DNA from: Flectonema sp. DT1601
Taxonomy: Eukaryota
Length of the DNA: 64,000 bases
NCBI GenBank assembly: GCA_964019425.1
Contig: OZ025797.1
Span: forward strand, 558,001-622,000
Direction: 5' to 3'
Below the pieces are notes generated by a model. That model did no database searches, was not told where the DNA came from, and worked only from the letters and a program-made list of their open reading frames with translations. The translations under genes were made by a program, and so were the position numbers. Numbering within the stretch: the stretch's first letter is position 1; every line of letters starts with the position of its first letter. Shown one piece after another: positions 1 through 12,088 of this stretch.

Positions 1-6
1 AATGAT

Positions 7-3000
7 GTGGATAGGTTACTTTTTCAAATTATAATTCTCAAATGTCTGGTTGACAGTAAATCAAAGGCTCACGCTTTCAACATACGCGTTGTTATTGAAG
101 CACAGCGTAGTACGGAACTACTAGATTTATTTAACAAACGAGTTGTTGATCTCGAAACCTGGAATCGTAAAAACGTTATCATCACAACAACGAAGGAGGA
201 CCAGAAAGAGGACCTTATGAAAAGACTTGGTACGATGCCCATGACGCAATGGAGGACACTCTCAGCTTTTTATGATGTCCATAGCGGCGTAGCGGATGAA
301 GATATCATCGAAAAGATTATGAAATCAAACAATACTCAAACCTATCCTTTCTTAAAATTAAAGAATCCAATTATTGATAAATACAGAAACCAGTCTATTC
401 CGATTGGCTATCCATCTTTCATATGGACTCGTGAACTCGCTGATTTAATGGTTCAGTTAGACACTTGGTACACAGCACGGATTCCTATTATATTGGAGGG
501 TGAGACTGGTTGTGGAAAAACCTTCTTAGTAAAGTGTTGGTGTGCTCTTCGTAACTTATCTCTGGAAGTGATTACTATTCATGGTGGATATGATATGTTT
601 CGAATTAAGGAAATGTTGAGGGAGAGAGTTAAGAAGGCACTAAAAATATACCGAAGTACACCATGTCGAAAAAGAACTGTGATATTCCTGGACGAGATGA
701 ACACAACTTCTTCAGTTGATCTTCTGAAAGAAGCAATTTGTGATTTCCGTCTTGATGGTAAGACAATGATAGATTCGCAGAAAGATACTTGCTTGCATCA
801 TGTGACCTTTATTGGTGCGATCAACCCTGATCGTAAACGAACCGAAAAGGAATTAGAGAGATATCGTCATCAGGGATTACAAGTGTTGTCAGGAAATTCA
901 ACAAATCTCGCGGACAAGGTTTATCGAGTTCACAGTTTACCTGAAACACTTAAACAATATTGTATAAAGTTCCCTGACATGGGTGAAGACATTATGGTTC
1001 GGTCTATTGAACACACAATCGAATCGGAGAATATTAAAAATGATTATTTTATTAAATTAATTAAAGCCGCTCACTTTTATATGATATCTGACGACAGCGA
1101 CTATCGTGTTGCGAATATTCGAGACGTGAAGCGAGTCGTATCTGTGTATAAGTTATTCATGGGATTACATAAGTTATGCATGGGATCACTCTGTACTGAG
1201 TTAGAGATGACACCAGATTCAGCGAGTATGGTCGCAATTCATGTTGTTTATGTTTCTAAATTAAATAACAGAAGCGGTCTTTACTCAAAACTCGGAGATA
1301 CTTTTGAGAGTACAGTTCTACAAGTTCAGAATCGTTTCATGGAATTCATTAAACTACCGAAAGGTATAGTTCTGAATGATGCTCTTAGAGATAATGTGTT
1401 TATGATGATTGTTGGAATTACTCTTAAGATTCCAGTCTTTATTATCGGACCTCCTGGTACCAGTAAGTCTTTATCAAAAAGTATTGTCTCTGAGGTGATG
1501 ATTGGGATTGCGAGTCAGAATTCTTTATTTCAAAAATTACCAGAAGCAACGTTAAGAGTTCTACAGTGTTCTCCTCATACGACAGCAAAAGATTTGTCTG
1601 ACCATTTTGATGATTGCTCTCGAAACAAAAACGACGTCGTCGTTCTGGAAGAAGCAGGTCTCGCTGAAATGAGTCCAGAAATGCCTTTGAAACTTCTTCA
1701 TGAGAAGTTTGATGAAAGCGAATGTCCCTGCATCCTGACTTCAAATTGGAATATTGATCCAGCAAAGATGAATCGAGGTCTGTTCTTAACTCGTAGTATG
1801 CCATCAGATGAAGTTTTATTAGAAACTGCGAAGCTATTTGCTGGAAGTAGTCATCAAGTGTTGGAGAAGTTCTTAACTGGTCTTTCAATTGGATTTAAGG
1901 AAGCCGCTGAATTCATGAGAGGAATGAAAGAATTTCCAGAAGGAGCATTCTACGCTTTGAGAGATTTCTACAACTGCGTGAAGATGATTGTTTCACTACC
2001 TGATCCAGTTCCTCATTGTATTCGAACTATTGTCCATAAGAACTTTTCAGGACTTCCTGAAACTCCTCAGTTGGAGGTGGATAAGATATTCGAATCTAAA
2101 ATGGAAATCCCAATCCGGAAATTTAATTTTACTCTTTCTCAAATCGAAATCTCAAATTCGTTTCAAGACATCGACAACGGAAGGTTTCCACTGATTGTGT
2201 CGTCGAATATTTCGTCGACACTTTATTACTTAAAACCTGAACTAGAAATACTGCTTCCCGACGGGTTTGAAGTTGTTTCAGGAAGTGGGTTCTCAAGAGA
2301 TTCAGACCTCGAGTACACAAAGAAGTTGATATCAAGAATCCGTCCAATCTTAAACAGCGGTCGTGGATTGGTTTTATTAAATGCGAACACTTCTTATGAA
2401 AGTCTTTATGATTTATTTAATAAACACTTTACTGAATTCGATGATCAACAGTTTGTAGACATTGGTCTTGGAAGGACTAAAATAAATGTTTCGGTTCATA
2501 AAAACTTTAAACTGGTGTTACTTGTGAATCGCTGGGATGCGTATCATGCTTTTCCACCACCGCTTTTAAACAGATTTCAGAAGCACTGTTTCTTCGTGGC
2601 CGATGATGAAGCAACTGCTCTAAAGAAATGGATCATTAAGGAAGGGAACGTCCGTGGTCAATGTCACGGACTTGGTAAACTTGATGATGAATTAACATGC
2701 ACAGATCCACCAGCTGATGAACAGCTGGCAATGTTACTTTCAGTTTGTGGTTCAGCAGACGAAGCTAAGAAGTCTTTGAAACATTGTTTTGCTGTCCCCT
2801 TAGACGCAAAGCATACCAGTCTGGAAAGCGTTTTAAGTCTTGGGGGACCAATGCATGTGACAGTTGATCAAAGTAAGCATCTCTTTGAAAGTAAAGATAG
2901 CGACATCGTATTGATTGATGTCGGTGCCGTTAAAACAAAAGAAGAACTGATTAATGAATTGTCATCTGTTGCAAGCAGCAATGCAAAATATATAATTATT

Positions 3001-6000
3001 TGTTTGTTTAGTGATTCTTTACATGTCTTCTCAACAGTAGACTTGGCTATCAGAGAGGAACTACCAAAAGAAAAAACAATTCTTGTAACCGACCCTTCTG
3101 TGATAAGATCCTTTGATGGATACTACTCACATCACCATGTCACTACTGCTGTGAAACATGTTTGGAGTGGACTTGATGACCATTTATTTAATATTGATAA
3201 AACGAACCTTTGGAATGCAGTTCTCCACACAATAGAATCTGATGATCTGGTAGTTAATAATATTATTAAATGTAAACCTGAGTGGTGTATTTCATATTGT
3301 GAGAGTCTCTTGTCTGATGGTTGGTTTTCTGAATGTATTCTGTCGGGTACATTAGAGAGTCAAACAATAGATAAAAAAATTATTAATTATCTACAAAATG
3401 AAATGATAAAACATTTAAAGGATCACCTGACTATGGAATTACCAAAAACAAAAAGAACCCTTAAAATGATGCCTGAATTTCTAAGATTTCCCTGGCTCAA
3501 TGAGGGAACTATCGACTTGCTTGTCCAGGAGGCGGATATTGATGTCGAAAACTTCTTTCCTTTCGCTGACGGGTTGGCTGTTGCCATAAGCAAGCTTATC
3601 CCAAATCCGGGCAGTAAACCTTTTGCATCGTTGTCGGGAATTACTAAGACACTAATGGGAGATTATTGTATGAAGTCCGATATGGCTAAACGTTATTTCG
3701 AAACTCGTCATAGCGCCACTGCGGATGAAATCGACAGGCTCAGCAAATGCTATGAGGATGGAAACCCTGCCACGCAACTAATTGCCGGTCACATAATATC
3801 GGAGACTAGGCCTCCAGGTGTTGTTGTAGATCATTATCCTAAAGAGGTAACTCCTGAATCACTTTGGAATGTATTTGTACTGGATGAGGAACATCAGTTA
3901 AATGACGTCCATAAACTAAACGAAACAGAGTCAGAATCAGTGCCACACGGGGAGTCAGATTCGGAAATAGGACGTTCCGAACTGTTAACACAACAAAAGG
4001 AAATCGATCCGAATGAAGTACTGCAAGACATTCGAGAAAGTTTTGTTACGGTTGGGGAAAACGCTGAGAACATGAAACAAATGCTGCACAGAAGTATCGA
4101 GTTGATAGCCACAGATGCAGTAGCTTCAAGATTTCATTTTGTTTTTGAGTTGCTGCAAAACTTCGATGATGCCAAGTACTCGTCTAAGGTGATTCCAACT
4201 GTGATGGTCGTCACAAACAGAACAGAATATTCGGAATTTGCTGTTTTCGGATCGAATGAAATCGGGTTTACGAAAACTGATGTTCGATCCATCTGTAATG
4301 TGGGTTTAAGCACCAAAAAGGGACGAGAAGGATTCATCGGTGAAAAAGGGATTGGGTTCAAGTCAGTTTTTGCAGCAACGAATAATGCATCTATTTCTAG
4401 TAATGGGTACAATTTTAAGTTTGAAAAGGACAAGTCTGATTTGGGAATGATTTATCCTCTTAGTTGCGATACTAAAGAAATTGATTTCCTATCAGACTTA
4501 CGCGAAACAAATGAAATACAAACCTGTATTGTGTTGAAGGGTTCTGTGCCGGTAGATGCGATCAACAAAATAGACGAGAGGTCTTTATTGTTTTTCAGGA
4601 AAATTAAAAAGATCAATATCGACTCAACTACCTGGCATCGCATAGAAGAAGAAGACAATGAAATAGTTCTTCGTAATGAAGTGACAAAGGATAACAAACG
4701 TTTTCATATTATCCACAATGTGATCAACGATGTTGAAGTGACTATCGCATTTCCGTATTCACCATCGGTAGCGATATCGTATCCAGTTTTTAGTTACCTT
4801 CCGATAAGGAAAGCTGGTTTTAATTTTATTCTGAATGCCGATTTCAAATTAACCTTAAATCGTTGTGATATTCACAACGATTACGAAAGTAATAAAAGAA
4901 TCAAAGATGTTTTCACTACAACATTTGAACAACTTCTGGTTGACGACAATTCAAATTTTCCAGCAGTTGCGTATCTGCCAGTAGATGCAATAGATGATGA
5001 CTTCTTTGGGGATTCAGTTAAGGAATTGTTACAAAAAGTTTCGACAATGAAATGTATAAAAACAACTGACGGAGAGATGTCTATTCCGAGTAAAGTTGTT
5101 ATCATTCAAACAGATGATAGCTCTTGTTTGGATTGGATTAAAAAGTTTAAAGGTACAGATCAGGTTTGTTTTGCTCATCCAGACATCGCAAGACGATTAT
5201 CAGATTCAATCATCAGAACTTTAAATATTAAAAGATGGTCGTTAGAGCAACTATTGGATCTCATCTCATCTAATTCTCATCGGTATTGTAATGAGGATTC
5301 TGATTTCTTCATTGAAATGATAAAAGTAATGTTTAATAGTAATAAAATAAGAGGTCAATCAATTACTCTTTATAAACTGTGGCCTCGTGAAGGAGATTCT
5401 TCAAAACTATACACATCCACACTTTTGAGTATTTCAGACCTCCGAAGAGATGTTTTTGACAAACTCACCGACGAGTTGAAAGAGTTTCTGACTCGAGAAA
5501 TAGGTCTCACAAACATCTCGGGCCAGTTGCTTACTCCGCAGGGATTGATTGATACGGCAGCTTCTCGTGATCCGAGTGAGTCATTGGCGTTTTACATCTC
5601 ATGTGTTGAAAAGAATTATGACGAAAATACTTTGAAACAAATTAGAAAAAAGGTTCAGCTAAAAAGTGCTAAAGAGGAATACGAAAGTGCAAACTCTCTC
5701 TTTGAAAGTAAATTCAAAAATATTTTAAATAACTCGTCAGTAGTTTGGGATGGTTACAATCATTCAGAGCAACGATACTTTGAAGATCTCGGTGTTGCTT
5801 CCTCTTTGAGAATATCACCAATGGGATATCTCTCTGAAAGTATCTTGCAAGGTGGAAATATTATCGAATTTTTGAAATACGTAAATTCGAATTTTTCAGA
5901 ATTTAAATACGATTTTCACGCAAATTGGTGGACAGTCCTACCCGACACGATCCAAAATACAAAAATTGAAACAAACTTGGGATCATATTCTCTCAGAGAT

Positions 6001-7269
6001 GTGTATTTTATCAAAGGACTCAGCGGGTCTAACCGTATTTCTGATACGATAAATTCGCATTTTCCTATCGCTGAAGTCGATATTATTGGTTGTGAAATTT
6101 TAGCAGAACAACTCAACGTAAAGATTATTGACATTGACAATTTGGATATCGGCGATGGTAAGGGTGATTTATTTTCGTTAATAACTCAAAATCCAAGACT
6201 ACAGGAGTTAAGTGGTATTCATGTTCCTCTTGTTGGAGGAGGTACGGCCGCACCTGATAAAGAGTTGTTGATTTGCGATATAGAAGACGCGGATCCTGCT
6301 GACATTCTTGAGAATTTTAATATCCAAGTTGCGGATGTCTCACCTGATGTGATATCAACTTTATTAAAACGTCCTAAATGTAAACGTTTATCGAGTAAGA
6401 CAAAAATAAAAACAAAACCATGTCAACCTCACTACAGCTCACCACTGCGAGCGGCAGCTCTCCTAACTCGTTGCTCTGAAAGGTGCGATGGAGAATTTGT
6501 ATTTATTGGAAAAGCGTCTGGTTACATTGTCCCTCCTGGATGTGGAAAGCTGAAAATTGGGTTCCATTGCGAACCGACGACTTCTTTTCCAGGAAAACTG
6601 ACTGAGTATAGTAAAATATATTTCTTTAATAAACTGATGGAGTATGCTCTTCCTTACACAGTTGCTGGGGAGGAGGACGGTGATGACGCGCACAAGTTCA
6701 TGGCATATCGTAAATCAGACAAACTATTGTTTGTCGGTGAAGGCAACTATTCCTTCTCGAATTCAGTAAAAGAAAATCTGAAGAGCGACAACGTAGCTGC
6801 GTGTGATATTCGGTCCAACGGAAGAAACGGAACTTACGGTGACGCTACTGACAGCAAGATCTACCGAGGCGGTTATTATGATTTCATTATATTCAACTTC
6901 TTGCACACATTCGGAAGTCAAACAGGTTCAGCTGATGTTATGAATTTGTCGATAGAATCAAATCGGGAATTAATAAATGGATTCTTCAGGGCTGTTCCTA
7001 AAACGAACTTCACAAAGATCCACGTGACTTTGAAAACAACTTTCCCATATTCTCATTGGGATTTAATTGATATTGCTAAACGTTGTGGTTGGGAGTGTGT
7101 CAGATCATTTCCATTTCCTGAATCATTCTATCGCGATATTGGATATCGTCACACAACTACTAATCCCAAATTGAGAATTTCTGGTGGTGTCAGCTTAAAG
7201 GGCGCTCTGACGTTTGAATTTGTAGCCATTCTTGGGAGTGATTCTGCGAGTGTTGTGAGGAATCATTAA
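7..7269 (+). CDS. Giant RNF213/mysterin-like multi-AAA+ protein fused to a sacsin/NO VEIN-like GHKL ATPase and a C-terminal BMT5/DUF2431-like methyltransferase domain; probably 5'-truncated by the window edge
   Basis: Walker A GETGCGKT with Walker B IFLDEMNT; second AAA GPPGTSKSLS and SNWNIDPAKMNR, plus FPPPLLNRFQKH (RNF213-like). HFVFELLQNFDDA and GEKGIGFKSVF are sacsin/Nov GHKL motifs. LLFVGEGNYSFS, DFIIFNF.H and VTLKTTFPYSHW are DUF2431-like. 2420 aa open frame with no introns. Confidence 0.8.
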   Translation: MDRLLFQIIILKCLVDSKSKAHAFNIRVVIEAQRSTELLDLFNKRVVDLETWNRKNVIITTTKEDQKEDLMKRLGTMPMTQWRTLSAFYDVHSGVADEDIIEKIMKSNNTQTYPFLKLKNPIIDKYRNQSIPIGYPSFIWTRELADLMVQLDTWYTARIPIILEGETGCGKTFLVKCWCALRNLSLEVITIHGGYDMFRIKEMLRERVKKALKIYRSTPCRKRTVIFLDEMNTTSSVDLLKEAICDFRLDGKTMIDSQKDTCLHHVTFIGAINPDRKRTEKELERYRHQGLQVLSGNSTNLADKVYRVHSLPETLKQYCIKFPDMGEDIMVRSIEHTIESENIKNDYFIKLIKAAHFYMISDDSDYRVANIRDVKRVVSVYKLFMGLHKLCMGSLCTELEMTPDSASMVAIHVVYVSKLNNRSGLYSKLGDTFESTVLQVQNRFMEFIKLPKGIVLNDALRDNVFMMIVGITLKIPVFIIGPPGTSKSLSKSIVSEVMIGIASQNSLFQKLPEATLRVLQCSPHTTAKDLSDHFDDCSRNKNDVVVLEEAGLAEMSPEMPLKLLHEKFDESECPCILTSNWNIDPAKMNRGLFLTRSMPSDEVLLETAKLFAGSSHQVLEKFLTGLSIGFKEAAEFMRGMKEFPEGAFYALRDFYNCVKMIVSLPDPVPHCIRTIVHKNFSGLPETPQLEVDKIFESKMEIPIRKFNFTLSQIEISNSFQDIDNGRFPLIVSSNISSTLYYLKPELEILLPDGFEVVSGSGFSRDSDLEYTKKLISRIRPILNSGRGLVLLNANTSYESLYDLFNKHFTEFDDQQFVDIGLGRTKINVSVHKNFKLVLLVNRWDAYHAFPPPLLNRFQKHCFFVADDEATALKKWIIKEGNVRGQCHGLGKLDDELTCTDPPADEQLAMLLSVCGSADEAKKSLKHCFAVPLDAKHTSLESVLSLGGPMHVTVDQSKHLFESKDSDIVLIDVGAVKTKEELINELSSVASSNAKYIIICLFSDSLHVFSTVDLAIREELPKEKTILVTDPSVIRSFDGYYSHHHVTTAVKHVWSGLDDHLFNIDKTNLWNAVLHTIESDDLVVNNIIKCKPEWCISYCESLLSDGWFSECILSGTLESQTIDKKIINYLQNEMIKHLKDHLTMELPKTKRTLKMMPEFLRFPWLNEGTIDLLVQEADIDVENFFPFADGLAVAISKLIPNPGSKPFASLSGITKTLMGDYCMKSDMAKRYFETRHSATADEIDRLSKCYEDGNPATQLIAGHIISETRPPGVVVDHYPKEVTPESLWNVFVLDEEHQLNDVHKLNETESESVPHGESDSEIGRSELLTQQKEIDPNEVLQDIRESFVTVGENAENMKQMLHRSIELIATDAVASRFHFVFELLQNFDDAKYSSKVIPTVMVVTNRTEYSEFAVFGSNEIGFTKTDVRSICNVGLSTKKGREGFIGEKGIGFKSVFAATNNASISSNGYNFKFEKDKSDLGMIYPLSCDTKEIDFLSDLRETNEIQTCIVLKGSVPVDAINKIDERSLLFFRKIKKINIDSTTWHRIEEEDNEIVLRNEVTKDNKRFHIIHNVINDVEVTIAFPYSPSVAISYPVFSYLPIRKAGFNFILNADFKLTLNRCDIHNDYESNKRIKDVFTTTFEQLLVDDNSNFPAVAYLPVDAIDDDFFGDSVKELLQKVSTMKCIKTTDGEMSIPSKVVIIQTDDSSCLDWIKKFKGTDQVCFAHPDIARRLSDSIIRTLNIKRWSLEQLLDLISSNSHRYCNEDSDFFIEMIKVMFNSNKIRGQSITLYKLWPREGDSSKLYTSTLLSISDLRRDVFDKLTDELKEFLTREIGLTNISGQLLTPQGLIDTAASRDPSESLAFYISCVEKNYDENTLKQIRKKVQLKSAKEEYESANSLFESKFKNILNNSSVVWDGYNHSEQRYFEDLGVASSLRISPMGYLSESILQGGNIIEFLKYVNSNFSEFKYDFHANWWTVLPDTIQNTKIETNLGSYSLRDVYFIKGLSGSNRISDTINSHFPIAEVDIIGCEILAEQLNVKIIDIDNLDIGDGKGDLFSLITQNPRLQELSGIHVPLVGGGTAAPDKELLICDIEDADPADILENFNIQVADVSPDVISTLLKRPKCKRLSSKTKIKTKPCQPHYSSPLRAAALLTRCSERCDGEFVFIGKASGYIVPPGCGKLKIGFHCEPTTSFPGKLTEYSKIYFFNKLMEYALPYTVAGEEDGDDAHKFMAYRKSDKLLFVGEGNYSFSNSVKENLKSDNVAACDIRSNGRNGTYGDATDSKIYRGGYYDFIIFNFLHTFGSQTGSADVMNLSIESNRELINGFFRAVPKTNFTKIHVTLKTTFPYSHWDLIDIAKRCGWECVRSFPFPESFYRDIGYRHTTTNPKLRISGGVSLKGALTFEFVAILGSDSASVVRNH

Positions 7270-7928
7270 ATTGATTATCGTTTTGTTGCTATTCAGCAAT
7301 CAAATACTTTTTTTATCTTTCCTAATATTATTCGAGAATTATGTTCTTTGCAGTAATCTTACTTTATCTTGACCTTGTAAGGCTAGACTGACTTTATGAA
7401 GAGCAAGCGCTAATCAGTTTGTAAAGCATCCGATGCCTTTTTTCTTGGGTCACTAGTTTTCTTTTTTACTTTAGTAACGTGTGTTGGATTAAGCCGATGA
7501 AAAAATAGAGAATCCTCGAAGGAGACCTCTGTCCCCATTCGAAGATACTCTCAATCGGCTTTGACTTATCAGTTTTTATTTTTATTTTATCTCAATCTTA
7601 CGGATTTAATAAACCCCCAAAAAAAAAAAACAATAAATAAATCCGAAAAAAATTTTCAGGGGACATGTCCTCAAGAAAGAAAAAAAAAGAACGGAAAAAA
7701 AAAGGTAGTACCCATAAAAAACATAATATTATAGTTGTATGGGATCTTTTTTCCCCCCCTTTTTACGAACATCTTAGATACTCCTTCGACTCCTGTTTTA
7801 CATGATTTTGAAGATGTATCAGATTATGCATCAGATCTTGATAATTAATCATCTTATACTTTCTACATTTATTGTAGAAGAGTGCTCCACTAGTAGTGCG
7901 CTACGAACTAGTAATAACAAGAAGAATG

Positions 7929-8291
7929 TTTTTTTTATAAACATTATAACAAAGTAACTACATCCTAGTCTTGCTAACTAAGATGCTTCAGTCACAACAG
8001 ATGATTGACTTACTTCTACACCATAACTGATGATGAGAGAATAGAGGTAAGAGGTATATGGATTACTCTCGAAACCTAATAGTTACTTTAAAAGGCTAAG
8101 TTAAGCATCACACCTAGTCACTGTATCTCAGAACTAATGTTAAATTATCGTTATGTTTTTTATGATACAAAACATTTGTATTTTACGTACAAAATCAAAC
8201 AGTTAACCCCCCTTTTTTTTTTTATAAACATTATAACAAAGTAACTACATCCTAGTCTTGCAAACTAAGATGCTTCAGTCACAACAGATGG
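7929..8291. repeat. Two near-identical ~72 bp direct repeats (~7929-8003 and ~8217-8291)
   Basis: ttttataaacattataacaaagtaactacatcctagtcttgc(t/a)aactaagatgcttcagtcacaacagatg occurs twice. Confidence 0.85.
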
Positions 8292-9667
8292 CATAGTGAA
8301 TAACGAGGAGAGATGGTAGCGAGGGAATCATATCCGAGCCCCGTTTCAAGTAATTGAATAACTCGATTCCGTACTCGCACTGAATGACAACACGGAAACA
8401 GAGATGAGTCTACAGAACTAAGTCACACGCGGATTGTTTACCAATACTAACATTACTCAACTGTATCATGACTATCGTTTATTTAGTTAACTCTGGTACA
8501 AGACGGATATTTATTTCTTCATAAACATACTCAAAACATTAAATCCTTCCCTCCTTCCCAGCCTGGTTTTATTTTATTTGTGTTTGCGAATTATCTTTCA
8601 AAAGTGTGAGAACTCATTACGTGAATCTAAAGTAGGATCAGTCGTACGACTTTTTTCATTCTCTTGAGCTCGTTGAATCTTCTCTCTTTGTTGTTGTACA
8701 TTGTACTGCCATTTGGGGTTTGGTCCCATTTTATTTTGTTGAAAAGAAAGAAAAAAACGAGTGCAAGAAACAAAGTGCGTGTTTTCTTTCCCTTTAACTA
8801 TTATAATAAAAGTCATATTCTAACTACAAGATTTTTAGAAAAAAAAACATAAAAAAAAAACAAAGCAGGGGGGATCCTCCCTGTGCCATTGTTTAAAAAG
8901 TAATTTAAAAAAAGAAATCCTGCTCTCCAGCAAACACAAAAAATACAAGATAAGAAAACCGAATTTTCGGATCCCACATCACAAGAAAGGGATAACAAAG
9001 AAAGATGTTTCCATTTTATTTTCCCCGAAAAGAAAAGACAACAATAAAAAATAAAACTAATGAATGGAGTAACTAATGCACTCCAAAATAAAATATCCCA
9101 AAAGAGAAACATCCTCGTAGAGCACAAGTAGTAACACAACAATCAACTTATTATTCAAAACAGTGAGAGGAAATAGAAACATGTTTCATTGGCAAAGGGA
9201 CATCTCATGGGAAGCAGAGGTTCTGATTTTATCAACTGCGAGAGAGACTTCCATGCAGACTGCGAACTGTGAGTTTCTTTATTACACTCAAAACACTTTC
9301 ATCATATTTTAGAGATTTCTTTACTTCAGGTATCTCACGCAAGAGTCTCGCCTGTTCAATTTGTTTGTTCTTATTTTGTTTAATTTTAATCTCTTCAAGG
9401 AATCGATTACTTCTCTTAACGATCAACACGTCAGGTGAGCTGAAGGATGAACACGGAGATTACAACACAGCAGTCGAGGGTATCAAATCGACGTTGTTTG
9501 TGGACTTGTAAACAATCATATTAGGAGAGATTTATAATATTGAGATCTTGTCTTCTATGCCCAACTACCAACTCTTTTATCAGGCAACAACCACCCCAAC
9601 AAAACAAAACAAAAACCATGACATCTACATCAAGTGAAGTGCAGGGTGACAATGATTACAAAAAACA

Positions 9668-10772
9668 ATGGAAAATTGTGATAAGATTGAAGTAATTGGC
9701 AAATCAATCGAGAATCTAGATGACACCCATGACACAATCGAGCTAAAGAAACTGAAAAAACAAAATCTGACACCTGAAGAAACCCTTGCTGATCAGAAGT
9801 ATGCTAAGCTAACAACAGAACTAGAGAGACTGCAGGCAGAAGCGAAAGACTACAGGGATATATTGAAGAAGCCTACTGAGGTATACCTTTTACTTTTTGT
9901 TTGTAACGCATTTCGGGGTAAACCTGTCTGATCGGGTCCGACCTTTTTTTGTATTGGTCACCGACAGCCCTTCAGCGGACGGCCCTTAGATTATTTTGTT
10001 CTCTTACATGTAGATTTGCCTTTAAAACATATCGGATTCTACCAAGTCGTCGACAAAGCAACCGAAAAACCTTAATCCTAAAAAGAATTACCGATGATAT
10101 CTCAATTCTCTCAGACCCAATCCCCTTACCTTAACTTCGTGAACTAAGGGGTGTATGCCCATCAACTTAACACAGGCTTCGGATGACACCTCGCAAGTAC
10201 TCCAGAAGATCCTGCGCAGTCAGGAGATCTTGCAACGAGGTCAGGACGTCCTGCAACTTGACGTCAGTGAGCTGCGAAAAGAAACAGAGGAACACCGGAG
10301 TAGGGAACTTGATGCCTGTTTTGAGTCGACACATTCCGATTCATTGTCGCACAGACGTGAAAAGCCAATTGTCAAGGATTACATTGCTGAAGATTTATTT
10401 TGCATGGCTTGCGGTTCACATAAAGAAGTGTCAATTGTACACATTTTGAAGACCAAGAAGGATTGTGCACGTAATAATGTCAAGTGGGCAGAGCAAGATG
10501 ACATTAGCAACTTTTTGACGCTTTGTGGGACAAAAGGAAAAGAAGATACATGTCATGACTTATTTGATAAGTTTAAACTGGGATTTTGTTACCATGAAGT
10601 TGAATGTAACTGGAAAATAATGTCCCAGAATAGACTCAACGGAAGTCCTGCTGATCTTCGCAGTAACCCACACCGTGCTATACTTCATACACACTTGAAA
10701 GAGTCGATCAGTGCGATTGCATACTTCAACACGGACCATAAGAAGAGATCAACAGTGCAGGCAGGGCAATGA
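9668..10772 (+). CDS. Spliced coiled-coil plus HNH (treble-clef) endonuclease-like protein, Crinkler-effector-like; exons ~9668-9880 and 10176-10772
   Basis: CxxC..H..NFLTLC...CHDLFD pattern (CMACG, IVHI, NFLTLCG, TCHDLFDKF) resembles the HNH_2 family. GT at 9881 and CAG at 10173-10175 join the two ORFs in phase 0. Confidence 0.55.
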
Positions 10773-11192
10773 AGCTTTTGGTTGAAGAACAAAAGAGGAA
10801 GACAAAGGGAGCCACTAGAAGGGCAGGTGAAATCTGGGAGACCAACCACCTTAACCACTGATGGGGAAGCGGGTGCTCGATTTAATTGAGAATATCCGTG
10901 CCCATGGTGGCTCTGTGTTTGCTTCTCTTCTCTGGTTTCAAGCACAGGTGATACGCCGGAACGCATGCCCTACAAGCAACATGGACCTACAAGTTCCTGG
11001 AACAGTGGAACCACTGTGAAAGTAGCGCCCGAAGCAGAACTCCTATCAGCTGGGCAATAGCCAGGAGTTGGGATCACCTGGCCTCGCAGTATATCCGCAA
11101 ATATGACTGAGTAATTAGCCTTCCTATACTGTATGCACCTGGGAAAGAGAAGTATACTTAATTGAATGAACATGCAGTTAACAAGTCTGAGA

Positions 11193-12053
11193 TCACAAAG
11201 AAGAATCTACACTGTGGTGCAGATTACTTCTGCGTAGGGGTTGTACCGGGCTGTTTCGATTCGACGGGACACCGGCACCACCACCACCACGCGAGTTAAA
11301 GAACGACCCCAACGCTTGTTCAACCTTCGCTCTCGTTCCGTGTGAGACTTCCTCTCGAGAAGGAATGTCTGCTGGGTTTAGCTTCGTGCTTACCCAGGCA
11401 AGGGAGTAGGAACATTTCAAAACTAAAAGGCATTCAATCGCAGTTATCAAACACCTGTTGAGACTGTGTGAGCGAACACACATCTTCTTCCTAAAAGCAC
11501 CACAAACTGTAGTGTTGTCAACCCAGATGGAAAGGTGGTCGGCCTTTGCAATTCCTTTGAGTGTCTGTCCAAGAGCGTCCGCTTCAAGGATATTTATATG
11601 TCGGTCTTCACCAGCAGGCCATGCCGCACCAAGAATTTCCAGCTCACCTGTTTTCCAAACGATGACACCTCCCCATCCCTGCAATGAGGCATCTACAAAC
11701 ACTTCGGCAGTCCTCCCCTCTTTCTGCTCAGGCATAATTATTCTCTCCTTCTGCACAGCACCGATCCACATTTCTAATTCCCTCCTTACTGAACGGGGCA
11801 ATTTTAGTACCTGCTGTACTTGTAGGGTCCCCTTGTTCAAGTAATTTGTGACCCTCGGGACCTCTCGTGGGCTCGGAAGCCTTCTGTGTCAGGCCGCATG
11901 TCGTGTCTACAATGAAGTGTCAACTTGGAACTGTTACGAACAAGAGGAATCCAACTGGTTAATTAAACCACAGCATGTCGCTTCATCACAGCGGTGGCGA
12001 GTGGCATGTGACTTCTGCCCAGTGCCCTGAATGCCAACGCTGAGAGATCAGGT

Positions 12054-12088
<35 letters not shown>

